Of a stretch of 64,000 nt of DNA, positions 50,601-60,200 are shown piece by piece. The stretch spans positions 76,696,001 through 76,760,000 of the forward strand of contig NW_024704742.1 of NCBI RefSeq assembly GCF_018977255.1, given 5' to 3'. Origin of the DNA: Callorhinchus milii (lineage: Eukaryota). A program made the position numbers and the translations under genes. Position 1 is the first letter of the stretch. The number at the start of each line of letters is the position of its first letter. The notes below the pieces were generated by a model. It was given only the letters and a program-made list of their open reading frames with translations. It was not told the DNA's origin and searched no databases.

Positions 50601-51153
50601 ACAATCTAAACAAATCAACCATTTGTTCATTGCGTGCGAAGGCAACAGACAAGCTGGTTGTTTCTGTTCCTGTGGAATCCTAGTATACAGAGCATGTCCT
50701 AGCTTAGCTTAGCTTTGTCAGCTCCTTCTAAGATCTGCTCTTTGGGTGAGAAAGGGCAGGTTTGATATGCAAGACCACTGGTTAATCTACTTCTTTTTCC
50801 CAGGAGATGTACAGCATTGATCTCACAATGGTGGTGCATGGAGTGAAGATGCTCTATGTGCCAGTCATGCCAGGACATACAAAGCGTCTAAAACTAACGT
50901 AAGTACATGTCAAACCAGGAAAGTAAAAGAAATGACTGAGACTGTCGAGAAGGGATTTTTTAAACCAATATTCTGTTCCACTTTTTCCAGTATGTATTCT
51001 TTTCCATTCCTTCACAGAATGCAGAAGTTAGTGAAACCCACGTCAGACAGGAAATACGTTGATTTGACTGTGTCATTTGCGCCCTTATCAGATGGTGATG
51101 AGGATCTGCCGGGTCCCCCAGTCAGGTACTATTTCAGACCTGAAAACAACTGA
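2662..51153 (+). CDS. UBA6: UBA6 ubiquitin-like modifier-activating enzyme 6, 5'-partial, 30 coding exons (~978 aa in window)
   Basis: Manually spliced exons with consistent phases give one open frame. Motifs: [23 protein letters not shown] (ATP binding), [27 protein letters not shown] (catalytic Cys at 32355-32357), [15 protein letters not shown], and C-terminal [13 protein letters not shown], which is typical of UBA6 rather than UBA1/UBA7. Confidence 0.98.
3592..3686 (+). CDS. UBA6: UBA6 exon 2
   Basis: [31 protein letters not shown](R); ag/gtaagt. Confidence 0.95.
3977..4302 (-). mobile_element. tRNA-derived SINE (young family, tail type A)
   Basis: A/B-box head, Deu-like core CTGTTTGTGGGACACTGCTGTGCG, L2-like tail, (ATT)n. 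Confidence 0.92.
4416..4527 (+). CDS. UBA6: UBA6 exon 3
   Basis: [37 protein letters not shown]; ag/gtgaga. Confidence 0.96.
5185..5206. repeat. (TA)11 microsatellite
   Basis: direct reading; lies inside a copy of the unclassified repeat. Confidence 0.95.
5498..5578 (+). CDS. UBA6: UBA6 exon 4
   Basis: [27 protein letters not shown]; ag/gtaaaa. Confidence 0.96.
5613..5667 (+). repeat. 3x ~19-bp tandem GGGTCC(C/T)GTAAATAAC(CAA)
   Basis: direct reading. Confidence 0.85.
6005..9083 (+). mobile_element. L2-clade LINE, near full-length but frameshifted and internally deleted (APE endonuclease + RT)
   Basis: EN motifs [45 protein letters not shown] motifs [58 protein letters not shown]; (TTG)n tail; 5' boundary approximate. 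Confidence 0.95.
9100..9780 (+). mobile_element. L2 3' fragment, tandem to the previous copy
   Basis: RT C-terminal homology plus tail. Confidence 0.9.
10008..10259 (-). mobile_element. L2 3' end
   Basis: close reverse-complement match to 8837-9083. Confidence 0.9.
10749..10871 (+). CDS. UBA6: UBA6 exon 5
   Basis: [41 protein letters not shown]; ag/gtattg. Confidence 0.96.
11763..12070 (-). mobile_element. tRNA-derived SINE (tail type A)
   Basis: full-length copy of the same family. Confidence 0.9.
12146..12512 (-). mobile_element. L2 3' fragment
   Basis: same tail and 3' region as family 1. Confidence 0.88.
12634..12757 (+). CDS. UBA6: UBA6 exon 6
   Basis: [41 protein letters not shown]; ag/gtaaga. 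Confidence 0.96.
13536..13998. mobile_element. hAT (Charlie-like) MITE
   Basis: TIRs CAGAGGTTCTCAAACT / AGTTTGAGAATCCTG; 8-bp TSD GGATATTT / GGAAATTT (7/8). Confidence 0.85.
14522..14625 (+). CDS. UBA6: UBA6 exon 7
   Basis: (V)[34 protein letters not shown]; ag/gtaagt. Confidence 0.96.
15319..15381 (+). CDS. UBA6: UBA6 exon 8
   Basis: [21 protein letters not shown]; ag/gtgaga. Confidence 0.95.
17693..18020 (-). mobile_element. tRNA-derived SINE (longer-middle variant)
   Basis: same head, core and tail with an extra ...AGCAAGTAGGAACACAGTTG segment. Confidence 0.88.
18326..18402 (+). CDS. UBA6: UBA6 exon 9
   Basis: [25 protein letters not shown](G); ag/gtaact. Confidence 0.96.
18920..19243 (+). 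mobile_element. L2 3' fragment
   Basis: 3' homology plus degenerate tail. Confidence 0.85.
20655..22335 (-). mobile_element. L2-clade LINE, second tail type, deleted and interrupted by a SINE fragment
   Basis: RT motifs [18 protein letters not shown]; tail ...CTCTGAGACGCTGCCCTG...CGCTATATAAG, related to tails at 5681-5740 (+) and 34913-35150 (-). Confidence 0.85.
23248..23314 (+). CDS. UBA6: UBA6 exon 10
   Basis: [22 protein letters not shown]; ag/gtgagt (one N at 23233 in the upstream pyrimidine tract). Confidence 0.94.
23575..24060 (+). mobile_element. old degraded L2 RT fragment
   Basis: VKVINDFL...[11 protein letters not shown] resembles L2 RT. Confidence 0.7.
24475..25632 (+). mobile_element. 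two successive L2 3' fragments (24475-24930, 25020-25632)
   Basis: [13 protein letters not shown]...[13 protein letters not shown]; tails present. Confidence 0.85.
25782..25925 (+). CDS. UBA6: UBA6 exon 11
   Basis: [48 protein letters not shown]; ag/gtatgt. Confidence 0.97.
26010..26077 (+). CDS. UBA6: UBA6 exon 12
   Basis: [22 protein letters not shown](R); follows an 84-nt intron; ag/gtaagc. Confidence 0.94.
26197..27613 (+). mobile_element. L2 RT body (+, to 27436) joined to an inverted 3' end (-, 27440-27613)
   Basis: RT motifs [14 protein letters not shown]; the tail is present only in reverse orientation. Confidence 0.9.
27707..27785 (+). CDS. UBA6: UBA6 exon 13
   Basis: [26 protein letters not shown]; ag/gtgagt. 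Confidence 0.96.
28803..28883 (+). CDS. UBA6: UBA6 exon 14 (ATP-binding GxGxxG)
   Basis: [27 protein letters not shown]; ag/gtaagt. Confidence 0.97.
29183..29484 (-). mobile_element. tRNA-derived SINE (tail type A) abutting an isolated L2 tail (29118-29182)
   Basis: full-length family copy. Confidence 0.92.
29600..29972 (-). repeat. unclassified dispersed A-tailed repeat (reference copy)
   Basis: homologous copies at 5103-5285 and 35180-35535 (same orientation) and 10260-10545, 12940-13012, 13290-13445, 49110-49535, 57300-57612 (opposite orientation). Confidence 0.8.
30241..30318 (+). CDS. UBA6: UBA6 exon 15
   Basis: [26 protein letters not shown]; ag/gtacag. Confidence 0.97.
30786..30967 (+). 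CDS. UBA6: UBA6 exon 16 (ends at GC donor)
   Basis: [60 protein letters not shown](S); donor AG|gcaagt. Confidence 0.94.
32006..32111 (+). CDS. UBA6: UBA6 exon 17
   Basis: [35 protein letters not shown]; ag/gtaagt. Confidence 0.97.
32325..32414 (+). CDS. UBA6: UBA6 exon 18 (catalytic Cys)
   Basis: [30 protein letters not shown]; ag/gtatgc. Confidence 0.97.
32528..32608 (+). CDS. UBA6: UBA6 exon 19
   Basis: [27 protein letters not shown]; ag/gtgaga. Confidence 0.96.
32742..34830 (-). mobile_element. L2 LINE fragment with internal deletions
   Basis: tail at 32742, RT and linker homology to 6005-9083. Confidence 0.9.
35662..35790 (+). CDS. UBA6: UBA6 exon 20
   Basis: [43 protein letters not shown]; ag/gtaaga. 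Confidence 0.96.
36196..36247 (+). CDS. UBA6: UBA6 exon 21
   Basis: [17 protein letters not shown](S); ag/gtaagt. Confidence 0.95.
37247..37310 (+). CDS. UBA6: UBA6 exon 22
   Basis: [20 protein letters not shown](L); ag/gtaagt. Confidence 0.96.
39267..39578 (+). mobile_element. tRNA-derived SINE (tail type B)
   Basis: GGAGTCCTGTAGCTCAGTGGTTAGAGC...GTTCAATTCC head; tail GGATGTCCTCCCGACGTGAAAAGCGCTATATC. Confidence 0.93.
40906..41172 (+). mobile_element. tRNA-derived SINE (tail type A, small deletions)
   Basis: family homology. Confidence 0.88.
41366..41435 (+). CDS. UBA6: UBA6 exon 23
   Basis: [23 protein letters not shown]; ag/gtaaga. Confidence 0.95.
42063..42424 (+). mobile_element. tRNA-derived SINE (longer-middle variant)
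   Basis: family homology. Confidence 0.88.
42768..42839 (+). CDS. UBA6: UBA6 exon 24
   Basis: [24 protein letters not shown]; ag/gtaagt. Confidence 0.95.
43549..44318 (-). mobile_element. L2 3' fragment
   Basis: [16 protein letters not shown] plus tail. Confidence 0.9.
45250..45570 (-). mobile_element. tRNA-derived SINE (tail type B)
   Basis: very close to 61710-62024. Confidence 0.93.
46794..46960. mobile_element. possible hAT-type transposon end fragment
   Basis: CAGCATGGACCAACTGGTGGTCCGCGGGCCGC...ATCCGGCCC resembles hAT MITE termini; no matching second TIR found. Confidence 0.4.
47202..47325 (+). CDS. UBA6: UBA6 exon 25
   Basis: [41 protein letters not shown]; ag/gtactt. Confidence 0.94.
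47940..48133 (+). CDS. UBA6: UBA6 exon 26
   Basis: (D)[64 protein letters not shown]; ag/gtagga. Confidence 0.96.
48716..48843 (+). CDS. UBA6: UBA6 exon 27
   Basis: [42 protein letters not shown](R); ag/gtaaag. Confidence 0.96.
50002..50089 (+). CDS. UBA6: UBA6 exon 28 (UFD start)
   Basis: [29 protein letters not shown]; ag/gtaaga. Confidence 0.96.
50804..50898 (+). CDS. UBA6: UBA6 exon 29
   Basis: [31 protein letters not shown](T); ag/gtaagt. Confidence 0.96.
51018..51153 (+). CDS. UBA6: UBA6 terminal coding exon 30
   Basis: [47 protein letters not shown] at 51151-51153. Confidence 0.97.
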
Positions 51154-51309
51154 GCGATCCCACACTTCTTCTCAATGTTACAGCTCGTACCACTGAAAGT
51201 ACCACTGGAGGTCCACTTACTTAATTTGCTGAATTGTTCTGCTTTCTTGTGATGTAAATGCCTCTCTAATCTTCTGCATAGTCTCTATGCAGGCTGCCTT
51301 AATAGCGAC

Positions 51310-51315
51310 AATAAA
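51310..51315 (+). promoter_or_regulatory. candidate proximal polyadenylation signal of UBA6
   Basis: AATAAA ~155 nt after the stop, followed by GT-rich sequence. Confidence 0.35.
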
Positions 51316-53334
51316 ATCCGTGTTTTGAAATTATGTCCCGCATGCGGTGTGGTTATACAGACCAGACAATCTGATTACAAAAGAGCCATCTTCTGTACAG
51401 ACTCCCCCCTCACTGCTTGAATGTAAGTGTATCGTTTAGCGTTCATTTGAAAATGAAGTTTCATGCTGCCCTGGATCCAACACAAAGCTCGAGCCATTTA
51501 GCATAACTACTGTATACTATTTGGCAATAGGTAAACCTTGACTGATCTGCACAATTCCACTTCGAGCACAGGCTTCCATAAGAGGAATCTCCAAATCCAC
51601 TTTGAGAGTCTGAAGTGTCAGATATACTCCTCAGTCTCTGCAAGCAGCTAACATCAGTTGGTTGTTCTGGGTGGGGGGAGGGAGATATAAGTAGATGTGC
51701 TGTTACAATTGGCCTCTGGGCCCTTGTGTAGGGACGACAAAAATAACCAGCTTTCCCGTTCCTGATTGCTATCTCGTATATATTGGTGTGTGTGGGTGGA
51801 TGTTGGGTGTGAGAACAGGATTAAGTCACATACATTAAAACTGGCTACTTGGGAGAGGTTCAGAAGATTGACATACCTGTGGAATACACGTACGCTTAAG
51901 GGTCAGCACCTTCTGGAAGGAAGGGGGTATATAAAGAAAACTCTAGGGTAACACCTAAATTAAACAACATGGGATTTTAACTTTATTTCCTGTTTGCATT
52001 AGTTCTGTAAAGTTTCCGGCATATCCAGTCTGACATTTATTTTTAACATTCACTAGGGTTGTAATGTGCACTGAATATCACACTTAGAAGTGTGTTTAAA
52101 AAAAACTATTTGAAGACTATTGCTCGTTTATTTTGCATATTATTTGCACATTTTTGAGAAGTTCAGACGTTGAATCTTTGATTCTTACAAAGCAAGATTT
52201 GTTTTGATACCTTTTCCCTGGGTATTGTAAAATGAGAGGTACGATTTCAAGATTATGACCCGTTGAGGTTTAGAACTGCAATGGTACATCTTTTACAATG
52301 ACATTCACATCACATTTTGTATACTAATTTTAGGTGGGAGTAGACCTTCAGCCCATCTAGTCTCCCCATCCAAGTTCTCACATGTCTTCTTTGATGCATT
52401 TATCTCTAAATCCGATAATACTGAGTCCCTTTATTTGGCAAAAAAAAATCTAGTTCCTTTTGACACCTTTTGTCTTTTTTTATGTTCCACCTCTTCTGGT
52501 AGCTTATTTTACATATCTTTTCAGAAAACAACTGTTCGGCATTTCCTATTCACTTATATTCCCGTGAATATAAAATCTCTTGTTCTTCCATTTTGTGCAC
52601 CAAACAAAACATATATGAAGCCAAATTTTCCAAATCCCTTACGTTCTTAAATATCTCACTGAAGTCCCTCCTCTGTCTTCACTGTTCAAGAGAGAGAAGA
52701 CCTAGGTCAGCTAAAATAATCATGATTTTAACAAACTAAAGTCTAAGCTGTGGCTGTGCGTGAGATGTTTGTGCTGATCAGTCCAGTTTACCTCGCCATG
52801 GTGGAAATCCTGTTTTCCAATGTTTTCAAAACACTCTGTACCTGTACCTGGAATTTTACATAAAGGAAACAGAACTATTTGTACATCTTTGATATTTGCA
52901 TTTATGTTTTGTTCTTTGTAAATAATGCAACCAAACAACCTGATTAATTTAGCTTCACTTTTTATTTTTGTTAAAACAGTTCTTTATGTGAAATATAGTA
53001 CTGCACTGCTGTGTTTAATATGTTTAGGAGGGTGATTCAGAGAACTATAGTACGAGCCTAAAGTGCCAATCGTCGATAAATTTTAAGTCACCAATCCGCT
53101 GGCTCAACTTGCTTGGAATTCGAAAAACGTAACCTTAAAATCCTGTTTTTTTGTGACTTCCTGAGTTACAACACATGTTGCAAGCATGATTGGAAATCCA
53201 TCTACTGTTGTCCAAAGGAAGTAGGATCATGAATTCACTTTTATGTTATACAGAAATCTGGAGGCTTGTGGAGTGCTTTACCTAGACTTTCACTCAGGTG
53301 AAACCAAGCACTGTGAACTGGAAATGTAACTGAT

Positions 53335-53345
53335 AATAAAATAAA
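53335..53345 (+). promoter_or_regulatory. candidate distal polyadenylation signal of UBA6
   Basis: overlapping AATAAA hexamers (AATAAAATAAA). Confidence 0.3.
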
Positions 53346-53534
53346 ATGATTTGAATGAGCTGCTCTTGTAAAAATTTGTAGTAATGTAGCTACCAAACGG
53401 GTTGTTTGTACACAAAGTATGTCGTACATTTCACGGTTGTGGTGTTGCTGCTCAGCTGCAAAGAGTTTTGTGGGCCAGGTTTCCATTTATAACTAGTGCA
53501 ATATTTTAAATCTAAATCAATATTGATGTAGAGG

Positions 53535-53895
53535 TGTCAGCCTGGCTCAGTTGATAGCACTCTTGCCTCTGAGTCAGAAGATTGTGGTTCAAACCCCACA
53601 TTGGGATTTTGAGCTCATATTGCAGCCCTGGGGAGCATTGAATTATTGGAGGTACTGTCCTACAGATGAGACATTAAACCAATCCGATTATCTTTTCAGG
53701 TGAATGTTAAATATCCCATGACACTATTCGAAAGGAGAAGGGAGTTTTTCTCTTTGTGCAGGCTGTTTGTTGGATGTTTGATGTGCATAAATTGGTTGCT
53801 GTTTGCCTACACAACATCACTACCTGCAGTAGATCTTAAAATAATCTTAAGATGTATTGATGACACGATAAAGCACTTGAATAAAAGCAAGGATC
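53535..53895 (+). mobile_element. older Deu-domain SINE (SacSINE1-like)
   Basis: head GGCTCAGTTGATAGCACTCTTGCCTCTGAGTCAGAAG...GTTCAAACCCC, core GATGAGACATTAAAC...CAGGTGAATGTTAAATATCCCATG. Related diverged copies at ~12836-13262, 19310-19605, 24155-24475, 27938-28245, 38660-38955 (+) and 40505-40815, 46020-46335, 55468-55770, 61122-61523 (-). Confidence 0.78.
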
Positions 53896-54133
53896 ACTTT
53901 TATCATTCGCTCATTAATCCCCTTTAAATTGCCCTGGTTTTACTCAAAATTTCCAAAATCTTCATCTTACACAGGCCTTTCATTTTTAATTTAAAGAGAT
54001 TTTTAAAAATTGGTAAACTTTATTGCCAGAAAAAGAGCTGAGCAGATGTGTCAACTTGGCTCAGTTGGTATCACTCTCGCTTCTGGTTCAGAAGATTGTG
54101 GATTAAGCCTCACATTGGCACTTTGGGGGCATC

Positions 54134-54594
54134 AGCTGGGCCAATAGAAAAGTGCGGCCTCACTTTTTCCATGGAATCCACTACAAACGTCCTCCTCCGC
54201 AACAAACGCCCCCTTCCACGACAAACCTGTACACGTAGTGTGCTGGGCCCCGGACCCCTCACTGCTGTGAAGCGACTCCGGTCACCTACGTGTGGCATGG
54301 GGAGTGTTTGTATCACGGAAGTGCCGTGAGCAAGGAAATCAGCTTCGCCGGAGCCCAGGAGCGAAACAGCTCCTGCCACCAATTCTTAGTAAGTGCTGTA
54401 ACTATTCAAATTAACATTTTTAGTATTTTAAACTTAACTACGTGTTCAGCAAATACATGCCTATAGTTTTAAACCAAGTTGTTTCCTAAAATGTCTCTTT
54501 CAGCACCAATCAATCCTCTGCAATTTCCCGCAAAATTTATCAAATGCCCCTTAATTTTTAGCAAATATTTCCACACTTTTCTATCGGCCCAGCT
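54134..54594. mobile_element. MITE with 24-bp TIRs inserted in an old SINE
   Basis: AGCTGGGCCAATAGAAAAGTGCGG versus reverse complement of CCACACTTTTCTATCGGCCCAGCT, 22/24; CATC on both flanks. Confidence 0.85.
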
Positions 54595-54999
54595 CATCAG
54601 CGACTCGGCTGATTCTTCAATGCAGTGTTCACTACAATCTCAAGTAAGACAATTGTATTTCAATCCAGATTTGGTCTTTACTTTGAGTATTCTGCAAACA
54701 TTTAATTTTTTTCAAGCAATTCTATCAACCCAATCATGTTTAATGTAATTTGGATATTTTATACATACAAGTGCAGTTGTGAAAATGGTGCATAGACAAT
54801 TGAATATTGTGAAAACTGAATTTGTGACATTTACACCCTTATGCTGTATTTGACATTGTGGCACTTGAGAATTGGCTTAAATCGAGCCACAGCTGTCAAG
54901 TAGCTGGAGTTTGCTGATGTGTGGAACTGCCCCCCTCTCAACTTATTTTACAAAGCAGAATTTCAAGACCCAGCCGCAATACAGACATCCACCACAAGT

Positions 55000-55316
55000 A
55001 ATAATAATAATAATAATCCTTGCATTTGATATAGCGATTTTCACATCTTCTCAACGTCTCAAAGCTCTTCACAGAATAGACTCTAAAGTGAATTGACTGT
55101 ATATTTGTGGGCGAAACGCGGCAGCCAATTGCGCACAGCAGTGTCCCACAAACATTCGTGGATTGAAAATGACCAATTTATTATTGTTTTGTTTTGAGGG
55201 ATTATTATTAGGCGTGTGGAGTAAGGAAACTTGCCCAAGGTTTTGCTCTGCCTGGAATTGAACGCAGGTGTCTCACTTGCAAGGCGAGTGCTGTAATCAC
55301 TGAGCTACAGGACTCC
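55000..55316 (-). mobile_element. tRNA-derived SINE (tail type A)
   Basis: full-length family copy. Confidence 0.92.
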
Positions 55317-57194
55317 ACGCAGACACCCATGCTGACCAGCATAGGTTCGCACATGCCATGACTGAGTATTCAACTTAAAGTTGATTTCTTCACTAATATA
55401 TTCCTATCAAACACTAAACAAAGACATAATCCAATTCAGCTTCCCAAAGATCCAATATGTCTTATTTTAATAATAATCCTTGCATTTGATATAGCGCCTT
55501 AACAGGTCGTTGTGACGTCTCAAAAGAGCTTCACAGAATTACTGTAAAGTGGACTGATTGTGTATTTGGTGGGCGAAACATGGCAGCTAGATTGCACACA
55601 ACAGTATCCCACAAACAGCCATGGAGTGAGTGACCCCCACCCCATTTTACTTGGGGAATCTGTTAGCCAGGACCCAGGAGAAACTTCCTTCTCTTTTCGA
55701 ATAGTGCCATAGGATCTTTAATATCCACCTATACAGGCAGACAGGACCTCTGTTTAATATCTCATCCAAAGAGTGAGACTATTTTAATAGCTCTATCTGT
55801 TTCCACGAGTGACATTACAAAACTAATGTATTTTTTATGTGAAGCTAAACTGCAGAAGATTGCAGATAATATAGCACTTTGTAATAAAATAATCCTAACA
55901 AGCTGCAGCTAATCACATCATTGCATACAATCTAAGTATTCATATTACTAGCATACTTGGACTGTGTATAATTAGAAATGTAATCCTAATTAAGCGCATC
56001 AGTGATCAATAGGATGTTAAAATATCAGTGGGGGATTAAGCCTATTCCACTGCAGAAAGGTTTCATGAGGTCCTTTCATGAGTTACCAGCCACATGACTG
56101 GTGAGGGTGATTTGGGTGAGGCAGCCAGTGCTATAGACTTTGTAATCACCACTGGTAAACAATGGAGTGGCAAGTGTTAAAATGAAGACTTTGGGGGAAA
56201 GAGCAATTAGCTAAATAAAACCTCAATTAACAGGTAAAATAATACAAAAATGGGATAAGCAAAAAAAAACTCAAAAGTTGAGATCCTGGGTCAGTGACCT
56301 GAATTGCAACTTATTGCAGAACAGAATTATAGAGAGAAAAAAAATGTAAAAGCAAAGGACACTACAAATTCTCTCTACAATACCAGTGACGTGTATCCAC
56401 AAAGCTAACTCATTAGAAGACATGATATATTGTGATCCATGACTGACAGTTTTCTAATCTTCTGATAGCATGAGTTGCCTGAAGTCCCATCTACAACAAA
56501 GTAACATGTTTGCACATACGGCGGAGAACAGGCTTATTTTAAGGCATGGATGTGCCACCTGACTGGCTTCCTAGCCTACTAATTCCACACCACGTTAACC
56601 ACGTAACCTTTTCCACAGCACTTTTGTTCAGCTACTCTTCTCCCATAGAGTGATCCAGATTCAATCCCATTGTCACTTGTGGGCTCAAACTCCGCACTGG
56701 GATTTTTCAAAGCAGGACTCGGGTGCACTGCATTGTTAGAGATGTCTTTAGATGAGACATCTGCTTATTTAGGTGGATGTTAAAGATCCCAGGGCACTAT
56801 TTTAATTATTACATTATAAATATATTAACATTTTTTATCGGTGTAGCTGGGTTTAACTGACACTCTCTCTAGGTTCAACAGCATTTCATGTTGAAGTTTG
56901 TTCAAGACTCCACTAATGATTAAAAACAATGAAACCCACTTGTATACAACTCATGGGAACATGTCAGTAAATCAAGCAGATGGTCATCCAACAAATGAAC
57001 ATGCCCCTAACCAATTGCTCCTGTAATAGCCTAACTGCTGCGGAAACAGAAGTTAGGTAGATGCTCTTCACACTTGTTTTGGTTTCCATTTTCTCCCCTC
57101 GTTTCTCGGCTTCAAAGGATCAGAGGTGCAGGTGTGAGTGGATGGCACAGTAGATGGTGCTCTTAATTTGACTTGAGCACTTGTATGCAATGGG

Positions 57195-57265
57195 TTAATT
57201 ATTCTTTGAAACCTGTTGTCTTCTCTTCATCAACTTCTGCATAAGTTCATCAGAATCCATTCCAT
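57195..57265 (-). CDS. STAP1: STAP-family terminal coding exon
   Basis: ttctag|(D)[22 protein letters not shown]; resembles the STAP2 C-terminal ELQKKLEKRR motif (recalled). Confidence 0.78.
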
Positions 57266-60200
57266 CTAGAAAACAGACAAGAAAACAAATACCATTTTGC
57301 TGTCACTTTCCCAGAATTTGTTGCCCAGCGAAACTTACAACGCACAAGGTTTTCGCTGGTTAGCAACAGTACACCAACACACACTCTAGAGTCCCTAAGC
57401 TTTGGCTCTTGCCAACCTGTGCCTAATACTCTCAAGAATTAAGTACAATATTTAAATAGAAAGAGGGAATACACATTCCATTCTAGACATGGAGAAATGT
57501 CCATGTTTTGGGGGCATATATATATTTGGAACTCTCAATATGATTTAGATACTCTGAAGCACGGTGATGGTTTTCTGCATGTATCAAAAATTTAGGTGAC
57601 CAACAAATACAAACTTGTTCTAAACACATAGTATAAAATAAATTCATTCATTTGAGTACCTCCAGTAAACTGTTTTGGATTCCTTGGTTGGGGTGCAGTT
57701 TGATTGGGGGGCTTCTTATCTGCATAAAAAGAAAAGACAAGCTCAAGTTACTTTCAAAATCCAACAGTCTGCCAATCATGGTCAAATCAGACACAAGAAG
57801 TTAGTTTACGAACTTGCCTGTAAAGTTCATTTGGTTGATCTTAAAAAGTACTGAAACAAAGAAAAATAGGTAAATTTGTTGTGTGGAAACATCAAGTAAA
57901 ATTGGTATCAGACAGTAATCACCAGGAATTAACACTGTCTTAGACTGAGGATCACAAGAGAGATGCGGGTGAAGAAGGCCCTTCAGCCTACAATAATAAT
58001 AATAAAAATAATAATCCTTGCATTTCATATACCGCCTGATCACATTGATGAAACGTCTCAAAGCGCTTCAAAGAATATACTGTAAAGTGAATTGTCTGTA
58101 TAATTTGTGGGCGAAATGCGGCAGCCAGTCGCACACAGCAGTGTCCCACAAGCAGTTGTGGATTGAGTGACCAAATTATTATTTTTTTTTGAAGGAATTA
58201 TTACACCTGGAATGCAATCCGCCAATCGACTAACAACCGGGTTCCTACTTACTGCTGGTAAACAGAGGAGTGTGGAGCAAGGAAACTTGCCTAAGGTTTT
58301 GTCCGCCCGAGAATCCAACCCGGGTCCTCTTGTTTGTAAGGCGAGTGCACTAACCATTACACTACAGACCTCCAGCCTTTTTGATCTCATCCCTTGAGAA
58401 CACTCCCCCTATCATAGTCCCCTTATCACAGCATTGAGCTGCTTTTTAAATGAGTCCAGCTTCCTGGCCTCTAAACATCCTGGCCTGGTAATCTGTTCCG
58501 GTCATTAATTACCCTCTGGGTAAAGAAATAATTTCTGGTATATGCCCTGAAATTACTGTTTTCAACTCTAGTTGTCTTGGTGTACTGAGTTTACTTTCTC
58601 AATCCCATTTAAAATATTATGAACCTCTGTAATATCCCATCCTTTCAACATTAGAACTTTTCTAATCATTGTAGTGACCAATGAATAATTAAAGTCCTAA
58701 GGGGTCATGTGGCTCAAACTGCTTAGGATAAATGCTTATGATATTTTTACTAACAAAATTGACTCAATTATCTTTCCTCCATATTCCACGAATATTAATA
58801 CGGGAAACAGAACTGAGTTGTAATTCATACATTCATCATTCATGTAACTGGGTTCAGCTTCTTTCTTCTTTGGTGTTGTGTGATGTGTTGGTGCTGTAGA
58901 AATAAACAGACACATTCAGATACTTTCAGGGTTATGTCAGCAAAGACACCAGTTTTGATAGAACACTGATAATGACGCAAACAATTCACTGTTAGACAGG
59001 AGCTTGTACATGGCAATGAAAAATTATATTGATACATGTGCATGGCTCAGACATTAGACAGGCGATTGTACAACAAACATTAAGCAGGAGATTATAAATG
59101 GCTCAGACATTAGAGAAGAGATGGTACGAGGCTCAGACATTAAGCAGGAGATTGCACGTGACTTAGATACTAGACAGGTTAGGAGGGTCTTTTTCACTCA
59201 GAGGATGGTAAGAGTACGGACATCATTGCCAGAAGCCATGGTTGATCCAAAATGCACCAAAGTATTTGAGAAAACACACAGGAAGGAGAATCTAACAGGA
59301 GAGGAGAATAGGAGGGATGGAAACTCATGTGGAGAATAAGCACTGTTACTGACTAGTTGAGCTGAATGGCCTGTTTCTGTGCCGTATTATTCAATGTAAT
59401 TACACTTGACAGTATTACTTATAAATCATTTTGTGAAGTTTCAACATTATAGGTGCTACATCAAATGAAAGGATTATTATTAGAATTCTTCAAACCCTTT
59501 GATAACCAGATATTCAGTCAACTGCTTTGTAATTGGCACATCATTTCAGAATCCCATGAACAAGCCATACCATGTTTTAACGGCTGTTGGCTTGTCTCTG
59601 TCACCACATATCTTGTTTCCAGGTTTGGTTCTAATTTGTGCCATTTGTGTCTGGCTCCTGGGGAATCGGGTTGTTTTTGTGACAGTTTTCTTGGCAGTTC
59701 TGGGTCACAATGAAATGGAGCTACTCTTGCGTGTGGCACGAGCTTGTGTTGTCCTTCTGGGTTTTCTACATCGGCATCAAGAGCAAAGGCAAAAAGCACA
59801 CAATGGTCACATTTTGTAATACAGATGCAAAGTTTACAATGTTTCAGCTAACACAACCGTACTATGCAACCAAACGCTACAGTTTTATCAATAAGGTGAG
59901 TTTGGGCCAAAGCCTTGCCCTTGACCTATTCACCGATCGAAAAAAAAATCGCAGTGGAATAATTTTGCTTACAAATTTGGAGGGAAAAACATTCAAATTC
60001 TTGAGGACATGTCAATCAAATGTTTTGTAGGAAGAGTGCTAAACAAAAAGCACTTCTATGCTTTCCTTCCCGCTTAAATATTTTTGTTTGTTTACACCTG
60101 GATAAAAAGGCAGGTTACATCATCACTGATAAAATAGTATCGCTTATCCAAGACATAATGGAAATCAAAGCCGTGGTCTTTTAAACACAGATACTTAAGC

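Noticed and set aside
54565..54602. Minus-strand CTGATGAG...GAAA resembling a hammerhead ribozyme core
   Set aside because: No valid stem II or stems I/III; the motif arises from the MITE/SINE junction
57923..57987. Possible extra STAP exon ([21 protein letters not shown])
   Set aside because: Its acceptor is formed by a SINE (ATT)n tail and its phase is incompatible; joining from exon d gives TGC TGA, an immediate stop
59044..59154. Repeat-spacer-like pattern suggestive of a CRISPR array
   Set aside because: Eukaryotic context, degenerate contiguous units, no unique spacers or cas genes; an ordinary minisatellite
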